DNA of 62,913 bases, filler included, from Lenisia limosa (lineage: Eukaryota > Protista > Breviatea), in assembly GCA_001655205.1 (NCBI GenBank). It is 14 parts of 14 records of this genome, joined end to end, with 100 filler letters (N's around TTAATTAATTAA, not from the genome) between each part and the next. Parts side by side here need not be neighbours in the genome. Positions count along the whole stretch, not along the records: positions 6,947 to 12,252 come from LPNZ01003138.1; positions 12,353 to 14,716 come from LPNZ01003919.1; positions 14,817 to 26,073 come from LPNZ01007534.1; 11 more parts are not named here. One strand, written 5' to 3'. How positions within the stretch are numbered: position 1 is the stretch's first letter; the number at the start of each line of letters is the position of its first letter. The notes beneath the pieces were generated by a model. The model was not told the DNA's origin. It saw only the letters and a list, made by a program, of their open reading frames with translations, and made no database searches. Of the stretch, positions 11,516 to 23,401 are shown in pieces. The translations under genes and the position numbers were made by a program.

Positions 11516-12849
11516 CTGGGTGAGGGGAAGGGGTGGGAGGAGAGTAAGGTGTGTGGTGGGATTGCATGCGGGGCCGAGGGNNNNNNNNNNNNNNNNNNNN
11601 NNNNNNNNNNNNNNNNNNNNNNNNNNNNNNNNNNNNNNNNNNNNNNNNNNNNNNNNNNNNNNNNNNNNNNNNNNNNNNNNNNNNNNNNNNNNTGGGCAAG
11701 CGGGAGGCTTCCAAGAGATTGGATCAATATTGACAGAATTACACGGGTTTGCTCCAACCCTAATGAATTTACTAAAACCTGGATGTTCCAACACAAACCG
11801 ACAACACTTTGAGGAGTGTAAAACTTAGCAATTACTTCTGAAGAGGAAAGGATGAGGTAAAACCATTGAGGAAACTTCCCTGTCCTGAAAGGTAAACAGA
11901 GTAATCAGGCTTAGGAGGCCCTCAATGAAGAAGACTATTATAATATTACACTAATAAAACGGTATTCCGCCTTGAGCCCATGCCCATCCCGAACCATGTA
12001 TAATATTAATTTCGATTAAGAACCAAGTCAATTTTACTCCTGATAGGAGAAAATATCTACAGTATTGCTTGAGCGACCCCTGGTTAAGGTGGTTAATAGG
12101 GTAGAACTGTGCGGGTAATTTTCCAAAAGACCCTTTGAGATAAATCCGCAGACGAGGGTAGATTTTCATATGTAGTATATATATGCATATACAATAAGTT
12201 ATAAGGCAAATGATGGATGAATTAATATTATAATATAATCCAATATCTCTTANNNNNNNNNNNNNNNNNNNNNNNNNNNNNNNNNNNNNNNNNNNNTTAA
12301 TTAATTAANNNNNNNNNNNNNNNNNNNNNNNNNNNNNNNNNNNNNNNNNNNNTCCCCCCACTATTATATTCTTTGCAGCAAGTTGTGCTTCACAAATAAA
12401 AACCATGACATACTTGAAACTCAGAGAGTAAACCAAAACATGATATTGCAAAAAAAAAACAAGAATCGCTTCGTCACAAAGGACAATTGGGGATCTGTTG
12501 GGCCTGATTTATTAAACGACAGACACATGTTGTTTTCTTTTAAATCAGCAACAGCCAGTTTTACATTAAAATAATCAAAGATATGAAAAAAAAAAACACA
12601 AAAGGCTTACCACAGAAACTGCTAAAATTGAGCTTCATTAAGTGGTTACGCAAGACAAACAATGCGCTTTTGACGTGAGACTGGATTCTTCTCGGGGGGC
12701 TGAACTTCGGAGACACACCTTTAATTATTACTAGAGAAAAGTAAGTTTTTGAGCTTTTAAATATTGTTAATTCGGTGTAAAGCGTGTCCAAAAAACAACA
12801 TTGCAAATATATACGAATAAGATACCTCACTATCTGGAATAGATACATA

Positions 12850-14716
12850 CCAGGAGGACGGAAAGTGGAGAGGGTCCCAGCAGCCATCGAGACCTGCCTG
12901 GGTGTTTTTTGACCTCAGTAGTTACACCAAGGCACTCCGAACACTTCTCACATGGAGGGATGGGCTCGAAACCATGGTGTAGAGGCGTGTTAATTGCCGC
13001 CACAATGCAACCCTGGTACTGTAAGATTTCATTCAATTTTGATCTCACTTTCTTGGCAAATGCCGCCCGATGGTGTTGCAGGCGCCGCCGATGTTTGTGA
13101 ACTTCATGTCAGGTTTGCCTCGAACCATCACACCCCAGGCCTCAAACTCGTTGCCACGCCAGCCAGCACGTCCAAAGCCCTACGTTATCAGGGGCTATTG
13201 TTATTGTCATGTACGTACCTGTGTTGCCTTGTGGACGGGATCATCTTTGGTCAGCATAACCAAAACAAAGTCCACATTATCACTGTCGAGCCCCTGAATT
13301 AGCATTAGATAAAAGAAAGACAGGTTGTTGGTATATTTTAACCATAATACAAAAGCTACGAGAATCTAAAGACCATGGTTTTTTCCATTCCAAAAGTAAT
13401 TTAAAACCTCATCAGAATGGAAGAAGACCCAATCACGATGTCTGCTGGATCGTCAGGATTATTCAGCCTTTTGGAAGCATCAGCTTTCATCTCAGCATCC
13501 TGTTGGCCGAAGACGTAGACAACCTGCATGTTAAAAAAAGGCTGTCACTCCCTGTTCTATTATTCCCTCAAAAAACTAAAAACTAGGAATTCTTAATCAA
13601 AAACCAGGGGTAGAAATAGTGAATTACAAAGTGTTGTATAGGTATATAATCCATCATACCTTTCCGCGAGACTCATTTATCGAGTCGTACCGCAGGCGCG
13701 CATCAGTAACCTGATTCATCTTCATACAGACAAAGACACCGCGCTTTTTCTCCTATAAAAGTGCCTCCACCTTCTCGGACATGAACTCCACCTGTTTTAT
13801 GAGGGTACAACATTTGAAAACACTTCTTGATAATATTACNNNNNNNNNNGTCCAAATTAACCATGATTTTCCGCAACTTTATGCTTTTTTGGAACCAAAG
13901 CGAAGTTCAGATTATCTTCCTACTAAGCCTGAAACTATAGTCCAATAATAACAACAACAAAAGAACATATGATGATAATAGGACTGCCCCAACAAACGGC
14001 CTCTGTGTTCGCTCGCCATCCTCCAATGGTATACCATCCGCAACTTGTCAAAATGAAGAAGCACAACCCAAGAAGAAGAAGCAAAAGGAAGGAGCAAGAG
14101 GGTGATCTCTCTCGGTTGTGAAATATCATTTTATGATTAAAGATCATTAAAAAACAAATACTTTCAGAAATATAATAATAATTTTGAGGCCAATAATACT
14201 CAGAGAAATTCAATATGTCAAGTGGAAAATAATATTTTTTGGAAAAATACAAATGCAATTAAGATTAAATGTAGTTCCTCAGGGGAACTCTTGGTTTCGA
14301 AAGAGGCAGATAAAGAAGGTGATGGAAGGGGTGTGTGAAAGACAAAAAAAAGTTTGGAGATCAGTAAAAAAAAATGTACCCCCAAAAATATGAAATTTTT
14401 AATTTCCTCATTTTTTTTTATCCAAGCACTCTTGAGTACTTTGAAGAAGAAGTTTATACATAGTTAAGAACATTGTGCAAGATGGAAGCAGGTGACGAGC
14501 AGTCAATCGCTGTCAAGCCCTTCTCTGAAAAACAGTTAGAAAAGTGTTTTACCAGTAGACTACCACGCATTTGAATACCTTTACGCAAAAGAAGTGAATT
14601 GTTACCTCAGAAGCGCAATAGTGCTCTCTAATGCCCTCCCAAGGGATGCATTCCGGCGCATTGACACTGATAGTGAAGTTTCTATTGTGTTCTCGTCAAT
14701 GCACCTCAAAAGAGCT
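12850..14716 (-). pseudogene. Divergent spliced RecQ-like SF2 helicase, apparently disrupted
   Basis: Exons give KRGVFVCMK (motif IV-like), DIVIGSSSILM-GLDSDNVDFV (motif V), TQGFGRAGWRG (motif VI), GCIVAAI..PCEKCSECL (RQC Zn-like); in-frame TAG at 13753-13755 and a 1-nt phase mismatch at the ~13408/13293 junction. Confidence 0.55.
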
Positions 14717-14928
14717 NNNNNNNNNNNNNNNNNNNNNNNNNNNNNNNNNNNNNNNNNNNNTTAATTAATTAANNNNNNNNNNNNNNNNNNNNNNNNNNNN
14801 NNNNNNNNNNNNNNNNTAATACTTGTATTAGTATATAACTATCTGTGAGATACCCCTCACCCAAAATATTTCAAGGACACACAACTTAATATTTTAGCCA
14901 CGTCATCCCATTGCTACTCACCCTACCA

Positions 14929-15110
14929 GGTCCGTGACAAAGGCCCTTGCGAATCTCAAACTCAGTCCCGCGACCGCAGCCGAAATGGAGGTTGTCCGAG
15001 CCAACTTCAGCCGCCTCCCTTGCTTTGCTCTCTTCTGTGCCCTCAGATCCCTGTGCTCGCCAGTGATGGAAGGAGTCGTCCTGGCTGACATGTGGGGGGT
15101 CATCCGTTGC
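14929..15110 (+). CDS. Probable coding exon(s), unknown product
   Basis: GC-rich open stretch after a CCAG acceptor: SVTKALANLKLSPATAAEMEVVRANFSRL. Confidence 0.3.
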
Positions 15111-15497
15111 CTCTGCTTCCCATATCTACATTTTTATACTTGGTACGATATTTCGATAATTGCTTTGAATATAATAGAGTATTGATAACAGGGCAATATC
15201 CACTTCATATATTCTCGTTAGCTATCGAAAATTTATATTTTTGTGACCCTGAAGACGCTCCACTTTATCTGTCATTGGGTTTTTGTTTTTCTCACTCCCA
15301 AGAGCCCTGAGCCTGGAAGAAGGCGGGAAGACCAATGTGACTGTCTCTCCAGGATTCACTGATAGTGTTTGTGGAGTGGGAATGTCGGATTTATCGATTT
15401 ATCTTTGTTCGGGACTGCAGAGAAGAACTGTGTGTTATATCCTAAGAAGGTAGCACCGTAGCCCTGTCTTAATAGTATTCAGATGTATGTAATTATA

Positions 15498-15574
15498 TAC
15501 ACTGACCGGATAAGTCTTGACCGATTTCTTTGTGATTTAAGGAAAACCGCTCAAGACTTATCCTGGTCACCGTA
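15498..15574. mobile_element. MITE family E
   Basis: Second TA-flanked copy; partial third copy at 59337-59398. Confidence 0.8.
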
Positions 15575-16304
15575 TATTATATGAGATAATACATGATAGC
15601 TACCCAACAACGTATGATACAATTTTATAGCCTTCACTAACCCCCTCTCTCCTCAGGCGACTCAAAGAAACTTGATTGTGTCCTTCCACTCCTAAAAAGG
15701 CTTGAGGTTTGTTGATATTCAATATCGGTACCAGAACTAGCAGGGGTCTCAAAAAGGCCATTGTCTTGATACTTGAGAATTTAGTTTACAGATTGGAAAT
15801 GAAATACGGCTGCAATTGAAGTTCATGTTTCAGGTACCCCTGAGAAGCTTTTAGCAAGGCTAATATCAATGATGAAGAGGCTCTAAAGATAGAAATGTAT
15901 AATGCAGTTTATTATAAACGGTGACCATCCACGCTTTGTCTATTATATCTCCCCAGAGTTCAAATACGGTTTGCATCATATATCATATAGATGCATATAA
16001 CCAGCCATTAATCATCCTATAACAGCAATATAGCAGAGCTATAAGCTGGCTATAAGAGCCAATTAGTAATATTACCCAATTACATTGTCATTTTGCAGTG
16101 TGATTGTGATGTAGTCAGCGGTGAAATTATTACCGGACCCCGGGCCGAAACTCTAGCAAAATTACACCGGTCTTCAATTCCCTCATATTTCTTCTTTCTT
16201 CCCTCTCGTTATTATTAATAAGTCTAAAACTGCAAAACTGCATTCTAACTTTTATAAACTACTCCTGAAGAGAAATAAAACAAAAGAGACTCTCCTCGTC
16301 CAAA

Positions 16305-19300
16305 ATGGCTGATCCTGAAGTGATAGATGTGGATGACGTGGAAGACTTCCTTGCCTGTGAAATGTGCACAAGCGTAATGGTGCGACCGATGTCCTTTTTA
16401 CCCTGTCTGCACTGCTTCTGCGCGTGAGAGGGATATGCGTTTTGTCCGTTTTCTCTCCTCTAATTTACGCTCCTTTTGTTGGAAAGTCAATTGTCTGATC
16501 ATGTTATGTTTCTTGTTTTAATGGATGAAATGTCGTTGCTTATAGAAGCCATTTAACAGAACATTACTTTCACCATGCGGTTTCTCTATGTTTTTTTTTT
16601 TTTTTTTTNNNNNNNNNNNNNNNNNNNNNNNNNNNNNNNNNNNNNNNNNNNNNNNNNNNNNNNNNNNNNNNNNNNNNNNNNNNNNNNNNNNNNNNNNNNN
16701 NNNNNNNNNNNNNNNNNNNNNNNNNNNNNNNNNNNNNNNNNNNNNNNNNNNNNNNNNNNNNNNNNNNNCAAAAGCCCATTTTCCGGACTAAGGGTTTTTT
16801 CCAATTTTTGAGGTTTAAAGGTATAATATTTGGGGGATTTGAATAACATTTCCTCCAAGACTGCGTCATTCTCTCATGCAATTTTGGCCTCATATAGCCT
16901 CGGTTAATCACAGCCATTATCACCCATTTTTAAATTTCCATGTCAGGGTCTCTCCTATGAAATATCTTGAAGGGTCATTTTATTTCACACGATTTTATCA
17001 ATTTTTGGCCACATCAAAAAAAGGACTGAAACACCTTATGAATCAATTAAAGCACAAAATTATTCGAGTGGGTCTATCTGGTGGAGGGGTATCATGACAC
17101 ACAAGTATTAGTGTTATGGATGACCACTCTTACAACTTAATTTGTGTTTTTACCCTTCATCCTTGCAGTTCTTGTAGCGAAGACTATCAGAAAAACCACC
17201 AGAATTGCCCCTTTTGCAAAACACCAATAAAAGGGTGGGGGGTAACGGTGCTGCTCTTAATCCGCTTCAACTATTTGATCGCTTTTATCTTCTGAAAATG
17301 TCAACAGCGAACACCCATGCAATCTTCTTTCATTTTCTCGAATATTGGCCGTAAATCATATCACAATTGGCTTTTTAATGAGCCAGAACAGCAAGAAACT
17401 TGGGCCTTGAGCACGTCATTCAGAAGTTCGGTAGTGTATGCATTGATTAAATATATTACTGTGTCCAACACAGCCACCATTCATCTAATTCTTATTGCAT
17501 TGGTATTTGTCTTTATTTTTAGCAGTATGAATTTTCAGTTATATTACCATCAATATCCTTGAAATGGTCTGGCCTACTTCAGCCTGATATGTAACGCTTT
17601 AATGTCTTCGTACTCTTACTGTGAAAGAATTGCCGTCTACTCTTACCTCTAGAAACTACCTGGAATTCTGCCTACTGAGGAGCAGGAAATGGCAGGCAAG
17701 GTCGCAGAACTGTCTTTGGTTTGTGGAGGGGGTCTCTTTCAATTGGTGCTTCTGTTGGGGGGTCTTCACACCATCCCTCATCCCTCACAGTACAGGTACG
17801 AGCACACTCGGATGCAATGGGCTCTTGCGACTGTGAAACATGCAAATCTGGTTGGTTGATAACTAGGGCTTACCTACGGTCCCAAAAAAGACAAATCTCT
17901 CGATAGTTCCTCGATAAATATCGATATTTAACAGGACTTTTTCGGACCGTAGGGTAGTCCTATTATAACATATCCCTTTTTGGGGCATTTGAGGCATGTT
18001 CACACATCTTAGTATAATACCATCTGATTTGTATTCTTTATTGGGCAAATGTCACAAACTGGGAACTATACTCCTTATCTATGAACCTCAAGTAGGAGAA
18101 TTTACTTTCTGCTTTTCATTGGATATTAAGTTTTAGGAAAAATTATTCGGATCTAGCTTGAACCCTCTTGTTTTCTTCGTTCATCATTTTCACTTGAAAG
18201 TCGGACATATGGTCATATCACTAGTGGATGTGGGTTAACGTATCAAATACAAAGTCGGTCATATTTCTCCTAATCATTCAGAAAAGGTGACAGACCAGTG
18301 TTCGAATGGCACGGGTCACGTCAAATGCGAATGCGGCAAAGTGGTCAACGAAGCGTCTTGCAAAACGAAATGTTTGCCTCGAAGTTGCATTTGTCTTTTG
18401 GAGCCTTTAGCCCCATTCCCTCAATCAATTTTATTCATCGAAATTTCTTCGCTTTACCCCTCCTCCCATGTTTCTAGCCAACAAGTTGACTGGGCTATAT
18501 TATTTCATAAATTTTCCATCTTTACTTACGTTGGAGTGATGGGGTGTGGTGCTGCAGAAGCGACTGGTCTGGGCTTTGTTTTGTTGTTCTTAGCCGTCGT
18601 GTGTTGTCAGCCAATAAAGTTGATTTTGGGCTTTGTTGTTTCATAAATTTTCTATCTTTACCATCCCTCTAGGTCTATTCTGTCCCATTGTGGACTGCAG
18701 CGGCAACACAACACGTCATCCTGCCAAGTTTGTCCAGCCCTTTGACCAGTGGCCCTCATACATCCCCACTGGCTACAATAGAAACAATCCCGTAGGGGGT
18801 ACAAGGACATCCCTTTGGTTCCAGAAAATACATGTAAATGAAATACATAGATACCGCTTTTTGGTAAGTCCAAAGTATGACAAAAGTTCTTATAGAAGGG
18901 GGAGGTACATTGAGAGCCTTACTATCATAGAAGCAACGTTGGAAACACGATTGTCCCTTTTCACTCTTCTTGTCATTAATCGTATTGTTTTATCATTTTG
19001 ATAGCGGTTCCTTCAGGTTCTTTCTGACAGCATTTAGTACGAAGTCAAGGTGATACAGAAGTACATTGGAAGAGACCGTAAGAAGATGGAAGAGTATCAA
19101 GCGATGAGTCTCAAAATCCTCAACTTGAAGGGCATGCAATGTGAGAGGGCAGATAGTTTTGTTGTTTCATCCCATCATGAGGCTATTCCCTTAAAGTATA
19201 CACCGTTCTCCAGCATTCTTTATAAATTTTTTTCGTTGTATTCCCAGGTTAGATGTATTTCTCTGTCTTCATGCTTATCATTATCCTTTTTTGTCATAAA

Positions 19301-20149
19301 GCTCATTATTGAACAAAGAACATAAATAAACAGGATACAAAAAGAATACCAGTGAAAGAGCACCTTTTTCGAAAGTAGCCATTCAGTTTCAAAAACAATT
19401 TTACTCTCTGTGACTCCCACTATTTCTATTGTTTCACCCTCCCCCCTCCCAACAGAGTTGATTTTGGGCCAATTTTACTCCCCACAGACAAGGACATCCC
19501 ATTGTCTTCTACCTGCAGTTGCTGCCACGAATGCCACAAGAAACTGGTCAATCGTGTTATTGCTCTCAGATACCGAATGATGATACATTCTAANNNNNNN
19601 NNNNNNNNNNNNNNNNNNNNNNNNNNNNNNNNNNNNNNNNNNNNNNNNNNNNNNNNNNNNNNNNNNNNNNNNNNNNNNNNNNNNNNNNNNNNNNNNNNNN
19701 NNNNNNNNNNNNNNNNNNNNNNNNNNNNNNNNNNNNNNNNNNNNNNNNNNNNGAGGGGCATTTTATTAGATTCTCTGTATATGTCTGTGGAGGGGCATTT
19801 GATTAGATTCTCTGTATATGTCTGTGGAGGGGCATTTTAGGGGAGGGGGTACAGAGGTAGTTAAGTACTACCTTACTTCTGTTCATTTCTTCGAACTATT
19901 CAACCAAAGATTGTGTTTCTAAGCCACTCCCTGTAGATTATTAGCGGGGTCAGTACCTAGGTACTTGAGTGTCTTTTTATTCAACAATTCAGGATAGCTT
20001 AATGAAGTACCCCAATTCCTCCTTATTCCTCAGGCAAGACACAACGCAAAGAGAGCCATGCAGAGCGCCTCAGTCACTTCGGCCCCAGCAAAACTGCCGA
20101 AGATGTAAGCCATGGCCGCGATCTTAAAAACGTTATAGAGCTGGTATGA
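16305..20149 (+). CDS. CHFR-like RING E3 ubiquitin ligase (RING, Cys-rich region, PBZ-like end; no FHA seen)
   Basis: MADPEVIDVDDVEDFLACEMC..PCLHCFCASC..CPFC RING; GYNRNNP-YEVKVIQKYI; CSCCHECHKKLV..LRYRMMI; CKTQRKESHAERLSH, collinear with the CHFR C-terminal region; 3' end approximate. Confidence 0.7.
17864..17962 (+). mobile_element. MITE family A, subtype A2
   Basis: TA-GGGCTTACCTACGGTCCC..GGACCGTAGGGTAGTCC-TA in a CHFR-like intron. Confidence 0.9.
18531..18672 (+). mobile_element. Family C, acceptor-forming element (full copy, preceded by a tandem 3' fragment 18476-18529)
   Basis: (t)tggagtgatggg..gcagaagcgactggtctgggctttgt..gttgattttgggct..tttcataaattttc..ccctctAG then CHFR-like exon. 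Confidence 0.85.
19449..19486 (+). mobile_element. Family C, short 3' derivative ending at acceptor
   Basis: ccaacagagttgattttgggccaattttactcccacAG. Confidence 0.7.
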
Positions 20150-20816
20150 CAATACCCCCCCGTAACAATTAACAATTGTGAACTCCCCTCCCCTCTCCTA
20201 AAGTGCTAACTCGGCCTGATTAATCCATGGATATCTGGGTATCCCAAACAATGCTGAAGAAAGCACAGTTTATGATCTTTCACCACTGTGTGTATTTTGT
20301 AAAAATGGAGATTTCTTTCAAGCATTTCCCCCAATTACAGTGCAAACTGACCTTCCAGATTAAGGCCCAGCAGTCCCAGTAATCCGAAGGCCAAATCACC
20401 CCCCCCCCCCNNNNNNNNNNNNNNNNNNNNNNNNNNNNNNNNNNNNNNNNNNNNNNNNNNNNNNNNNNNNNNNNNNNNNNNNNNNNNNNNNNNNNNNNNN
20501 NNNNNACGATGTGGTGTGAGTTTGATCTTAACTTTATTTAATAGACTTAGTTGTTTCACAATTGGACTGCTTTCTAGTATGTCGTATACTCCCCACCACA
20601 CACTCCCATATCTTCAATATAATATAGTAAATGATATTGCAAAACACAAGAGAGAATGATGAGCTATGATTTTGGGATTCTCGAATATCCTGGCTGAGAA
20701 TACATTAAAACCACGATGTACAGAATTGGGACTGAGCTCACCCAGGTCCCTACAGAGTAAAATATAGTATTGATCGATAAAATTGTAGGGGTGTCTTTCA
20801 GATAAGTCATTATTAA

Positions 20817-20893
20817 AGCTTCCACGATCCCAAAGACTGATTTTTCTCGATAAACATCGATATTACTTCTTTTTCGGACCGAAGAGAAGCCCT
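20817..20893 (+). mobile_element. MITE family A, degenerate
   Basis: aaagactgatttttctcgataaacatcgatat..tcggaccgaagagaagccct; another degenerate copy at 22656-22730. Confidence 0.75.
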
Positions 20894-21220
20894 TGTCATT
20901 ATTTGTACAAACAATACAAACACCACAAACCTGAGTAGGAGGACAGAAATGCTCTCTTCCCGGCACTTCTGACACTCCAACAGTCACCATCAAAAAGGCG
21001 CTGAAGTATGAGATTCCGGTTCAAACATCCACTCCTCTCCCAAAAAAGGACACAGAAGTTAAGATATTTGATAAATCACTGTTTTGGTACCCCCGTGCAA
21101 CTGATAGGGAAATTGTTAAAATTGAAGTATGCCATCTAGAACTTGAAACCAGATCCATTTCTGATATATTTTAATTTTACGGTCCAAGCTGTTTTGCCCC
21201 ATATTAGGGATGGGAACATG

Positions 21221-22437
21221 GAATTTTACCCAAAAATATTATCCAACCCAGGAATTTTACCCAAATTTGTTTTTGCCCCCGACCACTATTTCTCAGAACT
21301 CAAGTTTCACCAACACCAAACTTTTCCTTTCCTACCTACGATTAAACGACAATAATGCCCCCAATGTTAAGCAAAGCGACCACCTTGGGACATGACTTAA
21401 CGGTGTGAAATTGTAGGTGTGATGTTCCCACTGTTTAGTAGGGGAGGATTGCACAATTTATTAGCCAAAATAATTGTATGCTAGAAGCCAGGCCAGTCGC
21501 TTTCTGCGCGCATAAAAATTTTGAGTTTAACCCAGCCGGTTTGAATTTTACCCAAATGTAAAGAAGTTACCCAAAAGAGTTGAATTGGGTACAATTCAAA
21601 GCGTTGAACACTTGGGTAAAACACTTGGGTAAAATAGCAGAATTGGAAGAAAAACGGGCTAAAAAAGGATAATGAGGAGTTGAAATGCACTGTTGGTCGA
21701 CCTTTGGACTGAATTGTTAAGAGGTAAGGTTTTCAAACTACTGATAAAGAATTTTTCAGGAAAGACTTCCAGTACCGAATCGCTAGATTGGATGCATTTT
21801 TCAGATTGTTTATTCAAAACATTTTTCACCATTGCTATTATAACTTTTGATTGGTTGAAATAATACTACTATAATCCAATATCTCATGGGTGGACGGCTT
21901 CGGCCAGACACAACTTTGTTTTAATTCTCATCTATATACTGTACATTTAGTATATCATATATATCCGATATATAATGCTAATCTAAATGTTTTGGGATTC
22001 TTTTGAAAACGATTTCAAACGCTTTTTAGTAGTCGAGCAAAATAAACGGAAACTAACGCTCTATACCCCCACCTTTCTTAACTATCTTCATCCCGATCAC
22101 CTCTGTAGAGGTGCCCTATCGCCCCCATGAACACTCTTGGTTTACGATTTTACCCGTCTGTGTATTTATCCGATTCGATGTTTTACTTATTTATATTCTG
22201 TGCCATTACAAACGGGGAATGGTATAGAGTGGGCACGGCATGAGAGCATACAGAAATTTTTTAAAATTCCACTTGGGTAAAATTTCAGAAAAGAGGAAAT
22301 ATTTGGCTAAAATTCCAAAAAAATTCCCCTTGTTGGGTAAAATTCCACCCTAAAAACCTTCCTTATAAGGCAAGTGTGACAGCAGATTGGGTAAAATTCC
22401 ACCCTTTTGGGTGAAATTCTTGGGTAAAATTCCACCC
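21221..22437. repeat. Cluster of TTGGGTAAAATTCC-like motifs in convergent orientations
   Basis: Reverse copies at 21221, 21252, 21543, 21566; forward copies at 21585, 21612, 21625, 22273, 22303, 22333, 22387, 22407, 22420. Confidence 0.85.
21849..21935 (+). mobile_element. Family B, 5' truncated
   Basis: ataatccaatatctc..ggacggcttcggccagacac; other partials at 12198, 28100(-), 31787, 35497(-), 39068(-). Confidence 0.8.
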
Positions 22438-23401
22438 TTCCATTGGAGATATGTGTCAACCTGAATGTGGGGGCCTTTTACCTTGTCCTATCCCTGCAAC
22501 TCTCAATTTTGCACGGATTTCATTTTGCCCCAGATAGGATGCGAGTTTCCCCCCTACTCGCCGCTGACGGACACGTTGTGCATATTCTGCGGTCTCACCC
22601 GGAAGTCCACCGGTTTGCGGTACCTTCGTAGGTAAGTACATCATATGTTGCTTCTATGGCTTCCCTACTGTCCCAAAAAAGATTATTTCTTGATAAATCG
22701 AAAAAAGATATTTTTTCGTTGGAAAGCCTAATCACTTCCCCCTACATCACGCTGCACCCCTGCCACCCCACAAAGGCAGTCTATGAGGCCCAGTGGTCAG
22801 ATGATTGAGGCTCATGACTGTCCACGCCGCACAAGACACTTTCCTCTTCTCATCTTTGTAGTGGTTGATGCTAAATATTGCCATTGTATCTAATGGGTAA
22901 ATAACGGCGGTAACATTTCAACCAATAGCTTCACTTTCAGCAATCTTGATCATTCATCCCCTTATCAATATGATAGTATCGTATCCTTTACCACACACCT
23001 GAAGGCAACTCCTTCGTTGCAGACTCCAAAACAACATCGCCGCCAACACGCCAAGTCAGCTGAAGGGGTAAGTCTGGAGAAATACATAGCTACATCATAT
23101 TATAAGATATTACATGACTGTGGGAAGACAAATACATTGACATATTTAAACACAAGAATTAAAACACATTTCCATGTTCAGCTGTCCCCTCTACCATTCT
23201 AGGATTTACTATAACGGAAGGAGGAATAGTTTTCGGTCGTTCAACGACATTTCCAGCAATATCTACACGATCAACAGCGTTCTAATTCGATTCAAAAAAG
23301 GTAGATTTGTGCTATATGCTAAGCTTATTTATTTGGAATGTTCCATAACCATCCAAGGATCCAGTGGACCACACCACGAGCCGATGTACCTAAGTCACTA
23401 A

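Noticed and set aside
13753-13755. TAG read as Gln (non-standard genetic code)
   Set aside because: Single instance; other gene models appear to end in TAA (10190), TAG (50548) and TGA (55535), and Gln is CAA/CAG in conserved genes.
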